A stretch of 64,000 bases of DNA, taken from an uncultured Pseudoflavonifractor sp. GTDB taxonomy: Bacteria; Bacillota; Clostridia; Oscillospirales; Oscillospiraceae. The stretch is from positions 2,878 to 66,877 of the forward strand of contig CANRZY010000002.1 in NCBI GenBank assembly GCA_947644625.1, read 5' to 3'. The position numbers and the translations under genes are program-made. Each line of letters opens with the position of its first letter. Positions within the stretch are counted from its first letter, which is position 1. Positions 39,348-49,177 of the stretch are shown here, one piece after another. The notes beneath the pieces were generated by a model. That model was not told the DNA's origin. It did not search any database and saw only the letters and a list, made by a program, of their open reading frames with translations.

Positions 39348-40711
39348 GTCAGGGCCTTTTGATCCGGGACAGGACCTTTTACGGCAGTATCTTCTCCCTG
39401 GCCTTTCCCATCGTTCTTCAGCAGCTTCTGCGCCTCAGCGTGGACACGGTCAACAGTATTCTGCTGGGCAGCATCGACCAGCTGCAAATGACCGCTGTTA
39501 CTCAAGCCGATCAGATTTTCTTCATCTATTATACCGTCTGCAACGGCTTTGCCGTGGGCTGCTGTGTCCTGATCGCCCAGTATTGGGGCCGCCGGGATCT
39601 GGAAGCCATCCGCACCGTACTCGCCACCGCTCTCAGAACCATCGCCCTGTTTGGCCTTATTTTTACTGCGGTGGTCATGGCCGCCCCCCATCTGGTGATG
39701 CGTATTTACTTAAAGGATCCCCAGGTGCTGACCCTCAGCGCATCCTACCTTCGGAAGGTAGCGGTGATGTATCTTCCCTGCGCCCTCAGCGTCATGATCT
39801 TCGCCGCCTGCCGGGGGGTAGAGAAGGTCCGGATCGTTCTTGTCACCAATCTCATCTCCTATTCCGTCAACATCGGTTTGGATTACTGTCTGCTCTATGG
39901 CCGGTTCGGTTTCCCCCGGCTGGGGGTCGCCGGGATCGCCGTAGGCACCGTAACCGCAAGGCTCCTGGAGCTTCTTATCTGCGGGTACTATCTTTTCAGG
40001 CTGGAAAACCGGCTGAGCTTCCGTTTTCACCATTTGAAACGGCGGGACAAGCAATTGGGCCGGGATCTTTTTCGGGTAAGCGCCCCCATCGTGGCCCATG
40101 AGATGATCTGGTCCCTGGGCACCAGCGCCGGCAGCATGATCACCGGGCAGCTTGGTACCAGCGTGGTGGCCGGCTACAACGTATCCATGGTCCTTTACAA
40201 TCTCTGCGCCAGCGTGGGAAACGGTTACCTCAACGCCTGCAACGTGATCGTCAGCAAGACCATCGGCATGGGACGCCGGGAGAGCGTGAAACGGCAAACC
40301 AAGAGTATGCTTTGGCTGGGCGCCGCCATTGGTGTGGGCCTTGGGGGGATCACCCTTCTGGCTCGAACGCCTTTCCTGTCCCTCTACAATCTGGAGCCCG
40401 ACGCGGTGGCCTACTCCCGGCAGTTTATGGTGGTCATTGCCTGCATCTGGCCCTTCTCCCTGCTGGAAATGACCGGCATGATCGGTATTCTCCGGGCGGG
40501 TGGAGACGGTAAAACAGGCTTTTATTCCGATATCGTCATTATGTGGATGCTCTGTATTCCCTTGGCAGCGGCCGCTGCCTTCCTATGGGAGCTTCCCCCG
40601 GTGATCGTGGTAGCCATCCTTAAGGCCATCATCGCTTTGGAGGCCGTGGTGGGCATCCTTCGAGTCCTCTCCATGAATTGGATCCACGATTTGACCCGGC
40701 GTCCGAAATAA
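39344..40711 (+). CDS. MATE-family transporter
   Basis: LAFPIVLQQ, AQYWG, FPRLGVAG, GILRAGGD; many TM segments. Confidence 0.9.
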   Translation: MSQGLLIRDRTFYGSIFSLAFPIVLQQLLRLSVDTVNSILLGSIDQLQMTAVTQADQIFFIYYTVCNGFAVGCCVLIAQYWGRRDLEAIRTVLATALRTIALFGLIFTAVVMAAPHLVMRIYLKDPQVLTLSASYLRKVAVMYLPCALSVMIFAACRGVEKVRIVLVTNLISYSVNIGLDYCLLYGRFGFPRLGVAGIAVGTVTARLLELLICGYYLFRLENRLSFRFHHLKRRDKQLGRDLFRVSAPIVAHEMIWSLGTSAGSMITGQLGTSVVAGYNVSMVLYNLCASVGNGYLNACNVIVSKTIGMGRRESVKRQTKSMLWLGAAIGVGLGGITLLARTPFLSLYNLEPDAVAYSRQFMVVIACIWPFSLLEMTGMIGILRAGGDGKTGFYSDIVIMWMLCIPLAAAAAFLWELPPVIVVAILKAIIALEAVVGILRVLSMNWIHDLTRRPK

Positions 40712-40790
40712 GGGCGCCCTCCCAAACGGGAACTTCCTTTTCTCTCTGGAGAAAAGTTTGTTCAAAATACGAAAAGGAGTGGAAAAAGAA

Positions 40791-41915
40791 ATGAACAAGA
40801 AATTGACCAGTATCCTGCTCGCCTCCACCATGGTTCTGTCCCTGGGCCTGACAGCCTGCGGTGGGGAGAAAACTCCCACCACCGAGAGCAAGGCTCCTAC
40901 CACGGAGAGCCAGGCTCCTGTGGAGCCCGCCGGCAAGGGCAAGATCGCCTACATTGTGGGCAACCTGGGCGACAAGTCCTTCAACGACTCCGGTGAGCGG
41001 GGCATGGAGACCCTTCGCAGCGAGGGCTGGGACGTAAAAACCATCGAGACCGGCGACGCCTCCAACGCCGACAAGTACAATGACTACATCCGGGACGCTC
41101 TGGAGCAGGGCTATGAGTATCTGGTGGCCTCCTCCACCTACACCGGCAACTTCCTGGAGATCGCCCCTGAGTATCCCGACCAGAAGTTCCTGGTGTTCGA
41201 CGACTCTCCCGACCTCACCGGTCACGACAACGTCTCCTACATCGCCTACGCCCAGAACGAGGGCTCTTATCTGGTCGGTATGATGGCTGCCGGTATGAGT
41301 GAGACCGGCACCGTGGCCGTCAACGTAGGCATGGAGAACCCTGTCATTAACGACTTCGTCACCGGCTTCATTGAGGGCGTCAAGGCCAAGGATCCCAACT
41401 GCAAGGTGGTCACCGCCGCCTGCGGCTCCTGGAGCGATCCCGTTATCATGAAGAACCTGTGCCTGGACCAGCAGCGCAACAACAACGCTGACGTTTTCTA
41501 TCAGGTGGCCGGCGGCTCCGGCGACGGCCTGTTTGAGGCCGCCATGGAGACCGGCACCTGGGCTATCGGCGTGGACTCCGACCAGTATCAGACCTACAAG
41601 GACAGCGCCAACCCTGAGAAGGCCGACGTGATCCTCACCTCCATGCTGAAGGAAGTGGGCAACTCCTTCATCGCCTTCTTCCATCAGGTGGAGGCCGGCG
41701 AGGCCGTTTGGGGCCAGGGCGTGACCCTGGGTCTGGCCGACAACGCCGTGGGCTACGTGGACAACGCCTTCTTCCAGGAGATGGTCCCCCAGGAACTGCG
41801 GGACGAGATGGCCGGCGTGGCCGACAAGGTCAAGAGCGGCGAGCTGAAGATCAAGAGCTACTTTGACTTTGCCTCTGAGGCCGAGTACATGGACTACGTC
41901 AATGCAGCGAAGTAA
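40791..41915 (+). CDS. BMP-family nucleoside ABC transporter binding lipoprotein
   Basis: Lipobox LTAC; GDKSFND, WAIGVDSDQ, ILTSMLK. Confidence 0.92.
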   Translation: MNKKLTSILLASTMVLSLGLTACGGEKTPTTESKAPTTESQAPVEPAGKGKIAYIVGNLGDKSFNDSGERGMETLRSEGWDVKTIETGDASNADKYNDYIRDALEQGYEYLVASSTYTGNFLEIAPEYPDQKFLVFDDSPDLTGHDNVSYIAYAQNEGSYLVGMMAAGMSETGTVAVNVGMENPVINDFVTGFIEGVKAKDPNCKVVTAACGSWSDPVIMKNLCLDQQRNNNADVFYQVAGGSGDGLFEAAMETGTWAIGVDSDQYQTYKDSANPEKADVILTSMLKEVGNSFIAFFHQVEAGEAVWGQGVTLGLADNAVGYVDNAFFQEMVPQELRDEMAGVADKVKSGELKIKSYFDFASEAEYMDYVNAAK

Positions 41916-42014
41916 GAAACGTCCTACCTTTTATCCCAGCATCTGAACGAGACGGATCGGGGCCGGCAACGTTCGCCGCTGCCGGCCCCTTCCGATATAG
42001 AGGGAGGTAACCTC

Positions 42015-43565
42015 ATGGCGGATGAAGTGCTTCGAATGCAGAACATTACAAAGATCTATTCCAACGGCTTTATTGCCAACCGGGACGTGAATCTGGTGGT
42101 TCAGAGAAATGAGATCCACGGTCTGGTAGGCGAGAACGGCGCGGGAAAAACCACCCTGATGAAAATGCTCTTTGGTATGGAGGTCCCCAATGAGGGAAAG
42201 ATCTTCATCGACGGGAAGGAAGAAAAGATCGCCAACCCCCTGGACGCCATCCACAAGGGTGTGGGTATGGTCCACCAGCATTTCATGCTGCTTCCCTCCC
42301 TTTCTGTAGCGGAAAATGTCACCTTGGGCATCGAGCCCGTCAAGAACGGCCTTTATGACTTTGAAAGGGCTGTGGCCGATACTCAGGCCATCGCCGACAA
42401 GTATAATTTCAAGATCGACGCCCGTGCCAAGGTCGCAGACCTGAGCGTGGGTCAAATGCAGAAGGTAGAAATTCTCAAGGCTCTTATCAAGGGCGCCAAG
42501 ATCCTCATCATGGACGAGCCCACCGCCGTCCTCACCCCCCAGGAGACGGAGGAGCTGTTCGAGCAGCTGTTTATCCTCCGGGATGACGGCGTTTCCGTCA
42601 TTTTCATCTCCCACAAGCTGGAGGAGGTCATGCACATCTGTGGCCGTGTCACTGTTCTGCGCCACGGCGCCTGCATGGGCTCCTACAATACCAAGGACCT
42701 GACCCAAGCTTCTCTTTCCAAGCTAATGGTGGGTCGGGACGTGGTACTTAAAATCGAAAAAGAGGATCCCACACTGGGTACCCCCGTGGTCTCCATCCGG
42801 GATCTGGTCAAAATAAATTCCTTTGGCAAGAACGTTATCGACGGCCTTTCCTTCGATATCCGCGCCGGAGAGGTGGTTGGCATCGCCGGGGTGGAGGGCA
42901 ACGGCCAGACAGAGCTTGCCCAGGTACTCTCCGGCCTGGGCTCCTTCGCCTCCGGCGAGGCGCTTTTGAACGGCGAGTCCATCAAAGGCAAAAGCGTCCG
43001 GGAGATCCGGGACCTGGGCATGGCCTACATTGCCGAGGACCGGATGGTGGAGGGCGTGGCCGGCAACATGTCCATCAAAATGAACATCGTAGCCGACCGC
43101 TTTGCCAAAAAGGAGTTCAAAAAAGGACTTTTTATGGACGCCAAAAAGATCGATAAATTGGTGGACCAGTACATCAAGGACTTTGAGATCGCCTGCGACA
43201 GTCCTGACGAGCCGGTACGGATGCTCTCCGGCGGCAACATCCAGAAGGTGGTGGTAGCCCGGGAGTTTACCTCCGGCGCCAACTTCCTGCTGGCCTGCCA
43301 GCCTACACGGGGCATCGACGTGGGTACCGCCGAGATGATCCGCAAGACCATTGTCCGCAAGGCCAGGGAGGAAAATCTGGCCTGTCTGCTGATCTCCGCC
43401 GATCTCAACGAGGTGCTGGAGTGCTCCGACCGGCTGCTGGTCATGCGAAAGGGCAAGATCGCCGCCGCCTTCCCCAAGGCCAACCAAGTCTCCGAGGATG
43501 TACTGGGCGAATACATGCTGGGCGTCCGGGAAATGACAGGGGCAGAAATGGAGGGATTACTGTGA
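42015..43565 (+). CDS. ABC transporter ATP-binding protein (nucleoside/sugar, tandem NBD)
   Basis: GENGAGKT, MVHQHF, DEPT, LSGGNIQK, QPTRGID. Confidence 0.95.
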   Translation: MADEVLRMQNITKIYSNGFIANRDVNLVVQRNEIHGLVGENGAGKTTLMKMLFGMEVPNEGKIFIDGKEEKIANPLDAIHKGVGMVHQHFMLLPSLSVAENVTLGIEPVKNGLYDFERAVADTQAIADKYNFKIDARAKVADLSVGQMQKVEILKALIKGAKILIMDEPTAVLTPQETEELFEQLFILRDDGVSVIFISHKLEEVMHICGRVTVLRHGACMGSYNTKDLTQASLSKLMVGRDVVLKIEKEDPTLGTPVVSIRDLVKINSFGKNVIDGLSFDIRAGEVVGIAGVEGNGQTELAQVLSGLGSFASGEALLNGESIKGKSVREIRDLGMAYIAEDRMVEGVAGNMSIKMNIVADRFAKKEFKKGLFMDAKKIDKLVDQYIKDFEIACDSPDEPVRMLSGGNIQKVVVAREFTSGANFLLACQPTRGIDVGTAEMIRKTIVRKAREENLACLLISADLNEVLECSDRLLVMRKGKIAAAFPKANQVSEDVLGEYMLGVREMTGAEMEGLL

Positions 43566-44707
43566 GCAAGACGCAAAAGATCGAAACCACCATGGAGATC
43601 GTCCGTACGCTGGTGGGCCTTGTCATCGCCTATGCGGTAGCCCTTATCATCCTTTTTGCCATCAGCGACGATCCCGTCTTTATCGTCCGGCAGTTTATTC
43701 TGGGTCCCTTCTCTTCCCCACGCCGGATCGGAAGCGTCATCAACCTGGCTATCCCCTTTACCATCTGCGGCCTATCCATGTGCTTTATGTACGCAGTAAA
43801 CCGCTTCAACCTGGTACCTGAGGGTATCTTCATGCTGTCGGCCTGTATGGTCACCTTTGTCTCGGTGAAGCTGGGCAACGCTCTCCCCGCCCCTGTGATG
43901 CTGCCCCTGCTCTTTTTGGTGGCAGCCCTCACCGGTATTGTCATGGCCTTTATCCCCGCCATCATGGAGCGGAAATTCAACGCCAACGTGGTGGTGGTCT
44001 CCCTGATGCTTAACAGCATCATCGGCTTTTTGGCCACCTGGATCATGCGGTATCACATGAAGGACAATACCATCTCCTTCATCGGCTCCCTGGAGCTTCC
44101 CGAAAATGCCCAGATGCCCCGGCTGTTCTCAGGCGTCCAGGAAAAGGAGGGTTTTCTTGCCGTCCTTAAGTCCTTCCGGGTCCAGTCCGGCCTTATCATT
44201 GCTATTTTCTGTGTTATCATTGTCGCCATTGTCTTCTACAAGACCAGCTTTGGCTGGAAGATGCGCCTGGTGGGTGAGAACCCTCAGTTTGCCGGGGCGG
44301 TAGGCCTTTCGGCGGTGGGTATTTCCTTTGCCGCCCAGCTCATCGGCGGCGGCGTGGCCGGCATCGCCGGCGCCACCGAAATGCTGGGCAACTACACCCG
44401 CTTTCAGTGGACCGCCACCACTCAGCACGGCTTTGACGGTCTTTTGGTGGCGGTGCTGGCCAAGAAGAATCCGGCGCTGGTGCCCATAGGAGCCCTGTTC
44501 CTGGCCTACATCCGCATCGGCGCCGACGTGGTAAATACCTCGGGCGACATCCCCAAGGAGTTCATTACCGTGATCCAGGGCATCATCATCCTGCTCATCG
44601 CCGCCGAGTCCTTTATGTCGGGCACCAAGCACAAGCTTATCTTCAAGGCTGCCGAGAAGGAAGAGGCCGAGAGGAAGCAGAAGCAGCAGGCCAATACGGC
44701 GGCTTAA
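43562..44707 (+). CDS. ABC transporter permease
   Basis: GTG start overlapping upstream stop; GFDGLLVAVLA motif; hydrophobic. Confidence 0.9.
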   Translation: MSKTQKIETTMEIVRTLVGLVIAYAVALIILFAISDDPVFIVRQFILGPFSSPRRIGSVINLAIPFTICGLSMCFMYAVNRFNLVPEGIFMLSACMVTFVSVKLGNALPAPVMLPLLFLVAALTGIVMAFIPAIMERKFNANVVVVSLMLNSIIGFLATWIMRYHMKDNTISFIGSLELPENAQMPRLFSGVQEKEGFLAVLKSFRVQSGLIIAIFCVIIVAIVFYKTSFGWKMRLVGENPQFAGAVGLSAVGISFAAQLIGGGVAGIAGATEMLGNYTRFQWTATTQHGFDGLLVAVLAKKNPALVPIGALFLAYIRIGADVVNTSGDIPKEFITVIQGIIILLIAAESFMSGTKHKLIFKAAEKEEAERKQKQQANTAA

Positions 44708-44726
44708 GAAAGGAGAGAGCAACGCT

Positions 44727-45692
44727 ATGAGTATTGATTGGGTAGCATTTATTGCCGACGCCATTCGTCTTTCCACCCCCCTCATCTTTGCCGCTCTCGC
44801 CGCTCTCATCTGCCGGCAGGCGGGCATGTTCAACATGGGCCTTGAGGGCATGATCCTCTGGTCCGCCCTGGGAGCCGTCATCTGCGCCCACTATAGCGGA
44901 AGCATGTGGATCGGCCTTTTGGGCGGCATTGCCGTGGGCCTTGTTTCCGGACTTATCATTGCCTTCGCCAGTATTTCCGGCAAGGCGGACCTGTACCTGA
45001 CCTGTATTGCCTTCAACCTGGCGGCTACAGGCGGCACAGTATTCGTCATGTATCTCCTTACCGGAGAGAAGTCCACCACCGCCGGCGCTTTCCGGTCCTA
45101 CCAGATCCCCAACCTTGGACCGGATACCCCCATTATCGGCGGGCTGTTCAAACTGATCGAGAAGATCCCCGTTATCGGCAGGATCATTTCCGGCCAGAGT
45201 CTCCTCACCTGGCTGGCTCTTCTCAGCGTGGTCCTGGTGTGGGTGCTGCTGAAAAAGACCCGGCTTGGCCTTCGGATCCGGGCGGTGGGAGAAAATCCCC
45301 ACGCCGCCGAGTCCGTCGGGATCTCCGTTCCCAAGGTAGGCTATGTCTCCTTCTCCATCTGCGGCGTCATGACGGGCCTTTCCGGCGCGTTTTTGTCCAT
45401 GAGCTTCGTCACCTTCTTTATGAAGGGCATGGCCAACGGCCGGGGCTATATCGGCCTGTCCGCCCAGAACATGGCAAACGGCGAGCCCATCGGCTCCGCC
45501 CTGGCCTCCCTTCTCTTCGGCTTCTGCCAGGAGCTTTCCACCACCATGAAGAACCAGACCACCTTCCCCACCGAGTTCCTGGAGATGATCCCCTACGCCG
45601 CCACCATTATCGCTCTGGGCATTACCGGGATGCTGGCCATCCGCCGCCGCCGGAGGGTAGAGTCCGGACAGGCCGCCGCTAAAGAGGAGTAA
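44727..45692 (+). CDS. ABC transporter permease
   Basis: NMGLEG, GLRIRAVGENP, GRGYIGL. Confidence 0.92.
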   Translation: MSIDWVAFIADAIRLSTPLIFAALAALICRQAGMFNMGLEGMILWSALGAVICAHYSGSMWIGLLGGIAVGLVSGLIIAFASISGKADLYLTCIAFNLAATGGTVFVMYLLTGEKSTTAGAFRSYQIPNLGPDTPIIGGLFKLIEKIPVIGRIISGQSLLTWLALLSVVLVWVLLKKTRLGLRIRAVGENPHAAESVGISVPKVGYVSFSICGVMTGLSGAFLSMSFVTFFMKGMANGRGYIGLSAQNMANGEPIGSALASLLFGFCQELSTTMKNQTTFPTEFLEMIPYAATIIALGITGMLAIRRRRRVESGQAAAKEE

Positions 45693-45696
45693 GCCT

Positions 45697-46668
45697 ATGG
45701 CGGACAAGCGCAAGGTAGTTATCGACTGTGATACTGGTGTAGACGACGCCATGGCCCTTCTCCTGTGCCTGAAGCGGCTGGATGTGTTGGGCATTACCAC
45801 AGTGGGCGGCAACGTGGGACTCCAAAATACCCAGCGCAATACCCGTTATGTCACAGAGATCGCCGGACGGACCGACGTACCTGTTTTTGCCGGGTACGCA
45901 AAGCCCCTGCTGGTCCCCCTTCAGGACGCCTCCTATGTCCACGGCGCGGGAGGGCTGGGCAATATCCAGGTCCCCGAACCCCAAAAGCCCCTGGAAAAGC
46001 AGCATGCTGTAGATTTCATCATCGAAACCTTTATGGATCAGAATGACGTTTCCCTCATCACCCTGGGCCCCCTGACCAACATTGCCCAGGCCCTCTTAAA
46101 GGAGCCCCGGCTGGCCCAAAGGATCCCCGATATCCTTACTATGGGAGGCAGCACCGCCGGTGGAAACGCCACAGCGGCGGCGGAGTTCAATATCTTTGTG
46201 GATCCCGAAGCGGCTAAGCTGGTCTTTGAGTCCGGCATCCCCATCCGAATGGTGGGCCTGAACCTGACCCGGCAGCAGGTAGCCACCCCGGAAATGAGGG
46301 ACAGGGTAAAGGCCATAGGCAACCCCGCCGCCCAATTTGCCGCCCGGCTCTTTGGAGACCGGGAGGGCAAGCCCGGCCGGGACAGCTTCTGCGACGCCTG
46401 TGCGGTAATGTGGATGATCGATCCCACCGTCATTACTAAAAGCGCCAAAATGCATGTGACGGTAGAGACCAGGGGGGAATTTACCCGTGGCATGACGGTA
46501 TGCGACATCCGGGGCTTCCGCTCCGACGTCCCCCCGTCAGATATCGCCCACGAATATCACTTTGACCCCCTTCCTGCGGGCGGGACCCCCAATGTGGAGG
46601 TTGCCTTGGAGCTGGACGCCCCCCGGTTCGACCGGGTACTGCTGGAGACGCTGGAAATGTACTCCTGA
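45697..46668 (+). CDS. Nucleoside hydrolase (IUNH family)
   Basis: DCDTGVDDA, VHGAGG, GPLTN, AEFNIFVDPEAA. Confidence 0.93.
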   Translation: MADKRKVVIDCDTGVDDAMALLLCLKRLDVLGITTVGGNVGLQNTQRNTRYVTEIAGRTDVPVFAGYAKPLLVPLQDASYVHGAGGLGNIQVPEPQKPLEKQHAVDFIIETFMDQNDVSLITLGPLTNIAQALLKEPRLAQRIPDILTMGGSTAGGNATAAAEFNIFVDPEAAKLVFESGIPIRMVGLNLTRQQVATPEMRDRVKAIGNPAAQFAARLFGDREGKPGRDSFCDACAVMWMIDPTVITKSAKMHVTVETRGEFTRGMTVCDIRGFRSDVPPSDIAHEYHFDPLPAGGTPNVEVALELDAPRFDRVLLETLEMYS

Positions 46669-46775
46669 CGAAAAAACGAATTTGAAACGACAAAACCAGG
46701 CGCGGCGGGGATCCTCCCGCTACGTCTGGTTTTTTGCGTCGAAAGCGATCAGCGTCTTCGCAAGGTCGCAGGGCC

Positions 46776-46903
46776 GGACCGTCGGGGACGACGGTCCCTA
46801 CGGATTCTGTCAACCCGTCGTGCCATACCCAGGCGGGAGGGGCAAGCCCCTCCCCTACGGCGTTCCCCTGCTTTTTTCGTAGGGGCGGGTTCCAAACCCG
46901 CCC
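46776..46903. repeat. Cluster of three GTAG-type REPs
   Basis: Palindromes ending CCCTAC (46776-46801, 46835-46858) and GTAGGGGCGGGTTCCAAACCCGCCC (46879-46903). Confidence 0.75.
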
Positions 46904-46904
46904 C

Positions 46905-48758
46905 CTATCCCGGCCGAGCCAGCAAAAGCTCCCTCTCTAATTCCCTGGCGAAGATCTCCGCCGCCTGGGCCGGGTCGGAGACCGACGAGCCAAAGCTCAT
47001 CTGCCCGATCTCCACCTTGACCCCTCCACCCCCCCGGTCCTCCGCTCTGGCCTGGGAGGCCGTCAATACCCGCTCCCCCTGGTGGAGCAGGGCCGGGAAG
47101 TTATCATAAGGCACCCGGTCCAACCCGTAGGCGTAGCCCCCTGTCAGGTAGGAGGATGCAGGCGTCAGGGTCCTTTCCCCTGTCAGATAAGGAGAGTTGG
47201 GATCATAGCTGCCGGAAATCCCCTCCGGGTGGTCCCTCTTCCAGTTTCGCAGGGCAAGGGTCTGCTCTCCGTCCAACATTCCCTTGCTCTCCTCCAGTTG
47301 GACCATGTACTCCCGGTTCCAGGCCGCCCCGCCCAAAGCCTGTGTGTTGGCCCGGATGGCCTCGATCATCTCCAGCTCCGTATCCCGTAGGGCGATCCCC
47401 GTTTCGCTGGCGTTGTAGGCGTCCTTGGCAAGGCTTTCCGCCTCGCTCTTCAAGGCTTCGATCTGGGCCCCGATCTCCGCTTTTCGGGCTTCGTCCGCCG
47501 TGTCAAACTCTGTTTTCATGGCGGCGTACTCCTGGTGCATTTCCTCCAGCCGCTTTTGGCCCTCCCCCTCGTAGAGGGTATTGCCCTCTCCCGTGGCCAG
47601 CATACTCAGGGCCTCCCGTTGGTATTGCCGCTCCATGTTTTCCGCCATGCCCCGGCCCTCGCCGATCATGCTGTTCATGGCCTTCATTTCCTCGCCCAGG
47701 GAACCCTGGAAAGCCTCGTAGTCCGCCTGAAGCCCGGTGAGGGCGGTTTGGTTGTAAGAAGAGCCTATGATCCCGTTTAGCTCCTGTTCCCGTTTTTCCA
47801 GCTGGGTGGTCTTGCCCAGGTAGGTCTCCCCCGAATCCAGCATGGCGCTTGGGAAAGCCTTTTCCACCGCCCGGCGGAGCACCTCCGCCGCCTCTTCTCC
47901 CGCGATCTCTCCAGCGGCCACCTTGTCGTAGATCTCCTCCCGGCCAACACCATAGCGGTCCGCCAGCAGCCCCATGCCGTCGATCCCCCAGCTTTGAAAG
48001 TCCTGGATCAGCTCCGGGGTAGCCCCGCCGGATCCTATTTGTGCCAGAGCGTCCGCCATGGACTTTTCCCGCTGGGCGGCGTAGGTGGAGCCGGAGAGCA
48101 TTTCGTTGTCACGAAGGGCAGATTGGGTATCTACCATGCCTTTGACATGGGATTTGAAGGCGGCGTCTCGGTCTTTAAAGATTTTGATAACGCCATCGGC
48201 CATCCCCATCAAGGCCCCCGCTGCCGCTCCGATCGCTGTGCCGACTCCTGGTGTTCCCAACATAGTACCCGCCATAGCTCCCTGCCCGATATAAGAAGCT
48301 ATTGATGTTGCCATTGTTCCCCCCTCGCTACCAAGGAGACTATTTCCTACAACGTCAATCTCTTCTAACCCAAGCTGTCCCACCATTTTAAACACTCCGG
48401 CATTCTTGAGCTTTTCAAACAGGCCCTCCCCCGTAAGCCCCTGCATGTAATTTTCCGTCTCTCTAATCTTCCGAACAACCTCTTGCTGGTTTCGCTTCAT
48501 GCCATCTAGGGCTATCTGATTGCTTACCAGCGTTTCTCGGTCAGCTTCCCCCGTGGAAAGGAGCTGTTCCTTCAAGTCCTTCAGTTGTTTTTCCGCCCTG
48601 CTGATATCGAGCTCAATTTCATACTTATTTTTGCTCAGATTCTCCAACAGTGCCTCCATTTCTTCTTCATCTTTGGAGAATGCTCTTGTCACCCGAGACA
48701 TTTTTTTGAGAGTCGAGGAATATTTTTCCCCAGAACCTACCATAGTTGTTTCTTTCAT
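46905..48758 (-). CDS. Phage tail tape measure-like protein
   Basis: Helical Ala/Gly-rich; GTAIGAAAG; C-terminal YAYGLDRVPYDNFPALLHQGERVLT typical of Firmicutes tape measures; follows tail chaperone. Confidence 0.8.
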   Translation of the reverse strand: MKETTMVGSGEKYSSTLKKMSRVTRAFSKDEEEMEALLENLSKNKYEIELDISRAEKQLKDLKEQLLSTGEADRETLVSNQIALDGMKRNQQEVVRKIRETENYMQGLTGEGLFEKLKNAGVFKMVGQLGLEEIDVVGNSLLGSEGGTMATSIASYIGQGAMAGTMLGTPGVGTAIGAAAGALMGMADGVIKIFKDRDAAFKSHVKGMVDTQSALRDNEMLSGSTYAAQREKSMADALAQIGSGGATPELIQDFQSWGIDGMGLLADRYGVGREEIYDKVAAGEIAGEEAAEVLRRAVEKAFPSAMLDSGETYLGKTTQLEKREQELNGIIGSSYNQTALTGLQADYEAFQGSLGEEMKAMNSMIGEGRGMAENMERQYQREALSMLATGEGNTLYEGEGQKRLEEMHQEYAAMKTEFDTADEARKAEIGAQIEALKSEAESLAKDAYNASETGIALRDTELEMIEAIRANTQALGGAAWNREYMVQLEESKGMLDGEQTLALRNWKRDHPEGISGSYDPNSPYLTGERTLTPASSYLTGGYAYGLDRVPYDNFPALLHQGERVLTASQARAEDRGGGGVKVEIGQMSFGSSVSDPAQAAEIFARELERELLLARPG

Positions 48759-48858
48759 CGTTTTCCCTCCCTTGACTTTTTATCGTTTTTTGGTATCATT
48801 TTCTTTAGGGATTACTACTCTACTCCCTTGTTACTTCCTTCTGAAAGGAGTTTTACTT

Positions 48859-49002
48859 ATGTTAAAAAAATTCAAAAAATGGTGGAAGTCTCTTAACGTT
48901 CACCAACGTTTCCGATTTGTAACAATTGTTATAGGTTTAGTTCTTTCACTGATTACCATCTTCTACTTCCAGCATTTTTGGGCATCTATTGGAGGATTTT
49001 AA
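48859..49002 (+). CDS. Small single-TM protein (moron-like, 47 aa)
   Basis: AAAGGAG RBS; MLKKFKKWWK...FVTIVIGLVLSLITIFYF; AT-rich. Confidence 0.65.
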   Translation: MLKKFKKWWKSLNVHQRFRFVTIVIGLVLSLITIFYFQHFWASIGGF

Positions 49003-49024
49003 AACACAGGGAGGCGGTTCTTTG

Positions 49025-49047
49025 AACACAGGGGGACGGTTCTTTTG
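49025..49047 (+). repeat. 23-bp repeat, inverted partner of 53869-53891
   Basis: AACACAGGGGGACGGTTCTTTTG is the exact reverse complement of 53869-53891. Confidence 0.8.
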
Positions 49048-49066
49048 CCCCCCTCTTTTGTCCCCG

Positions 49067-49138
49067 ATGGCTGATAGCCGCCCCTACACGACCTTTCAAA
49101 TGAATGAGAGATATTGTAGGGGCGGATATCATCCGCCC
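49067..49138. repeat. GTAG-type REP doublet
   Basis: ...GCCGCCCCTAC and GTAGGGGCGGATATCATCCGCCC in inverted orientation. Confidence 0.7.
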
Positions 49139-49177
49139 GGAGGCAGGCCCTCCGTTTCCCTCCGCGGGGGCGTCCCG

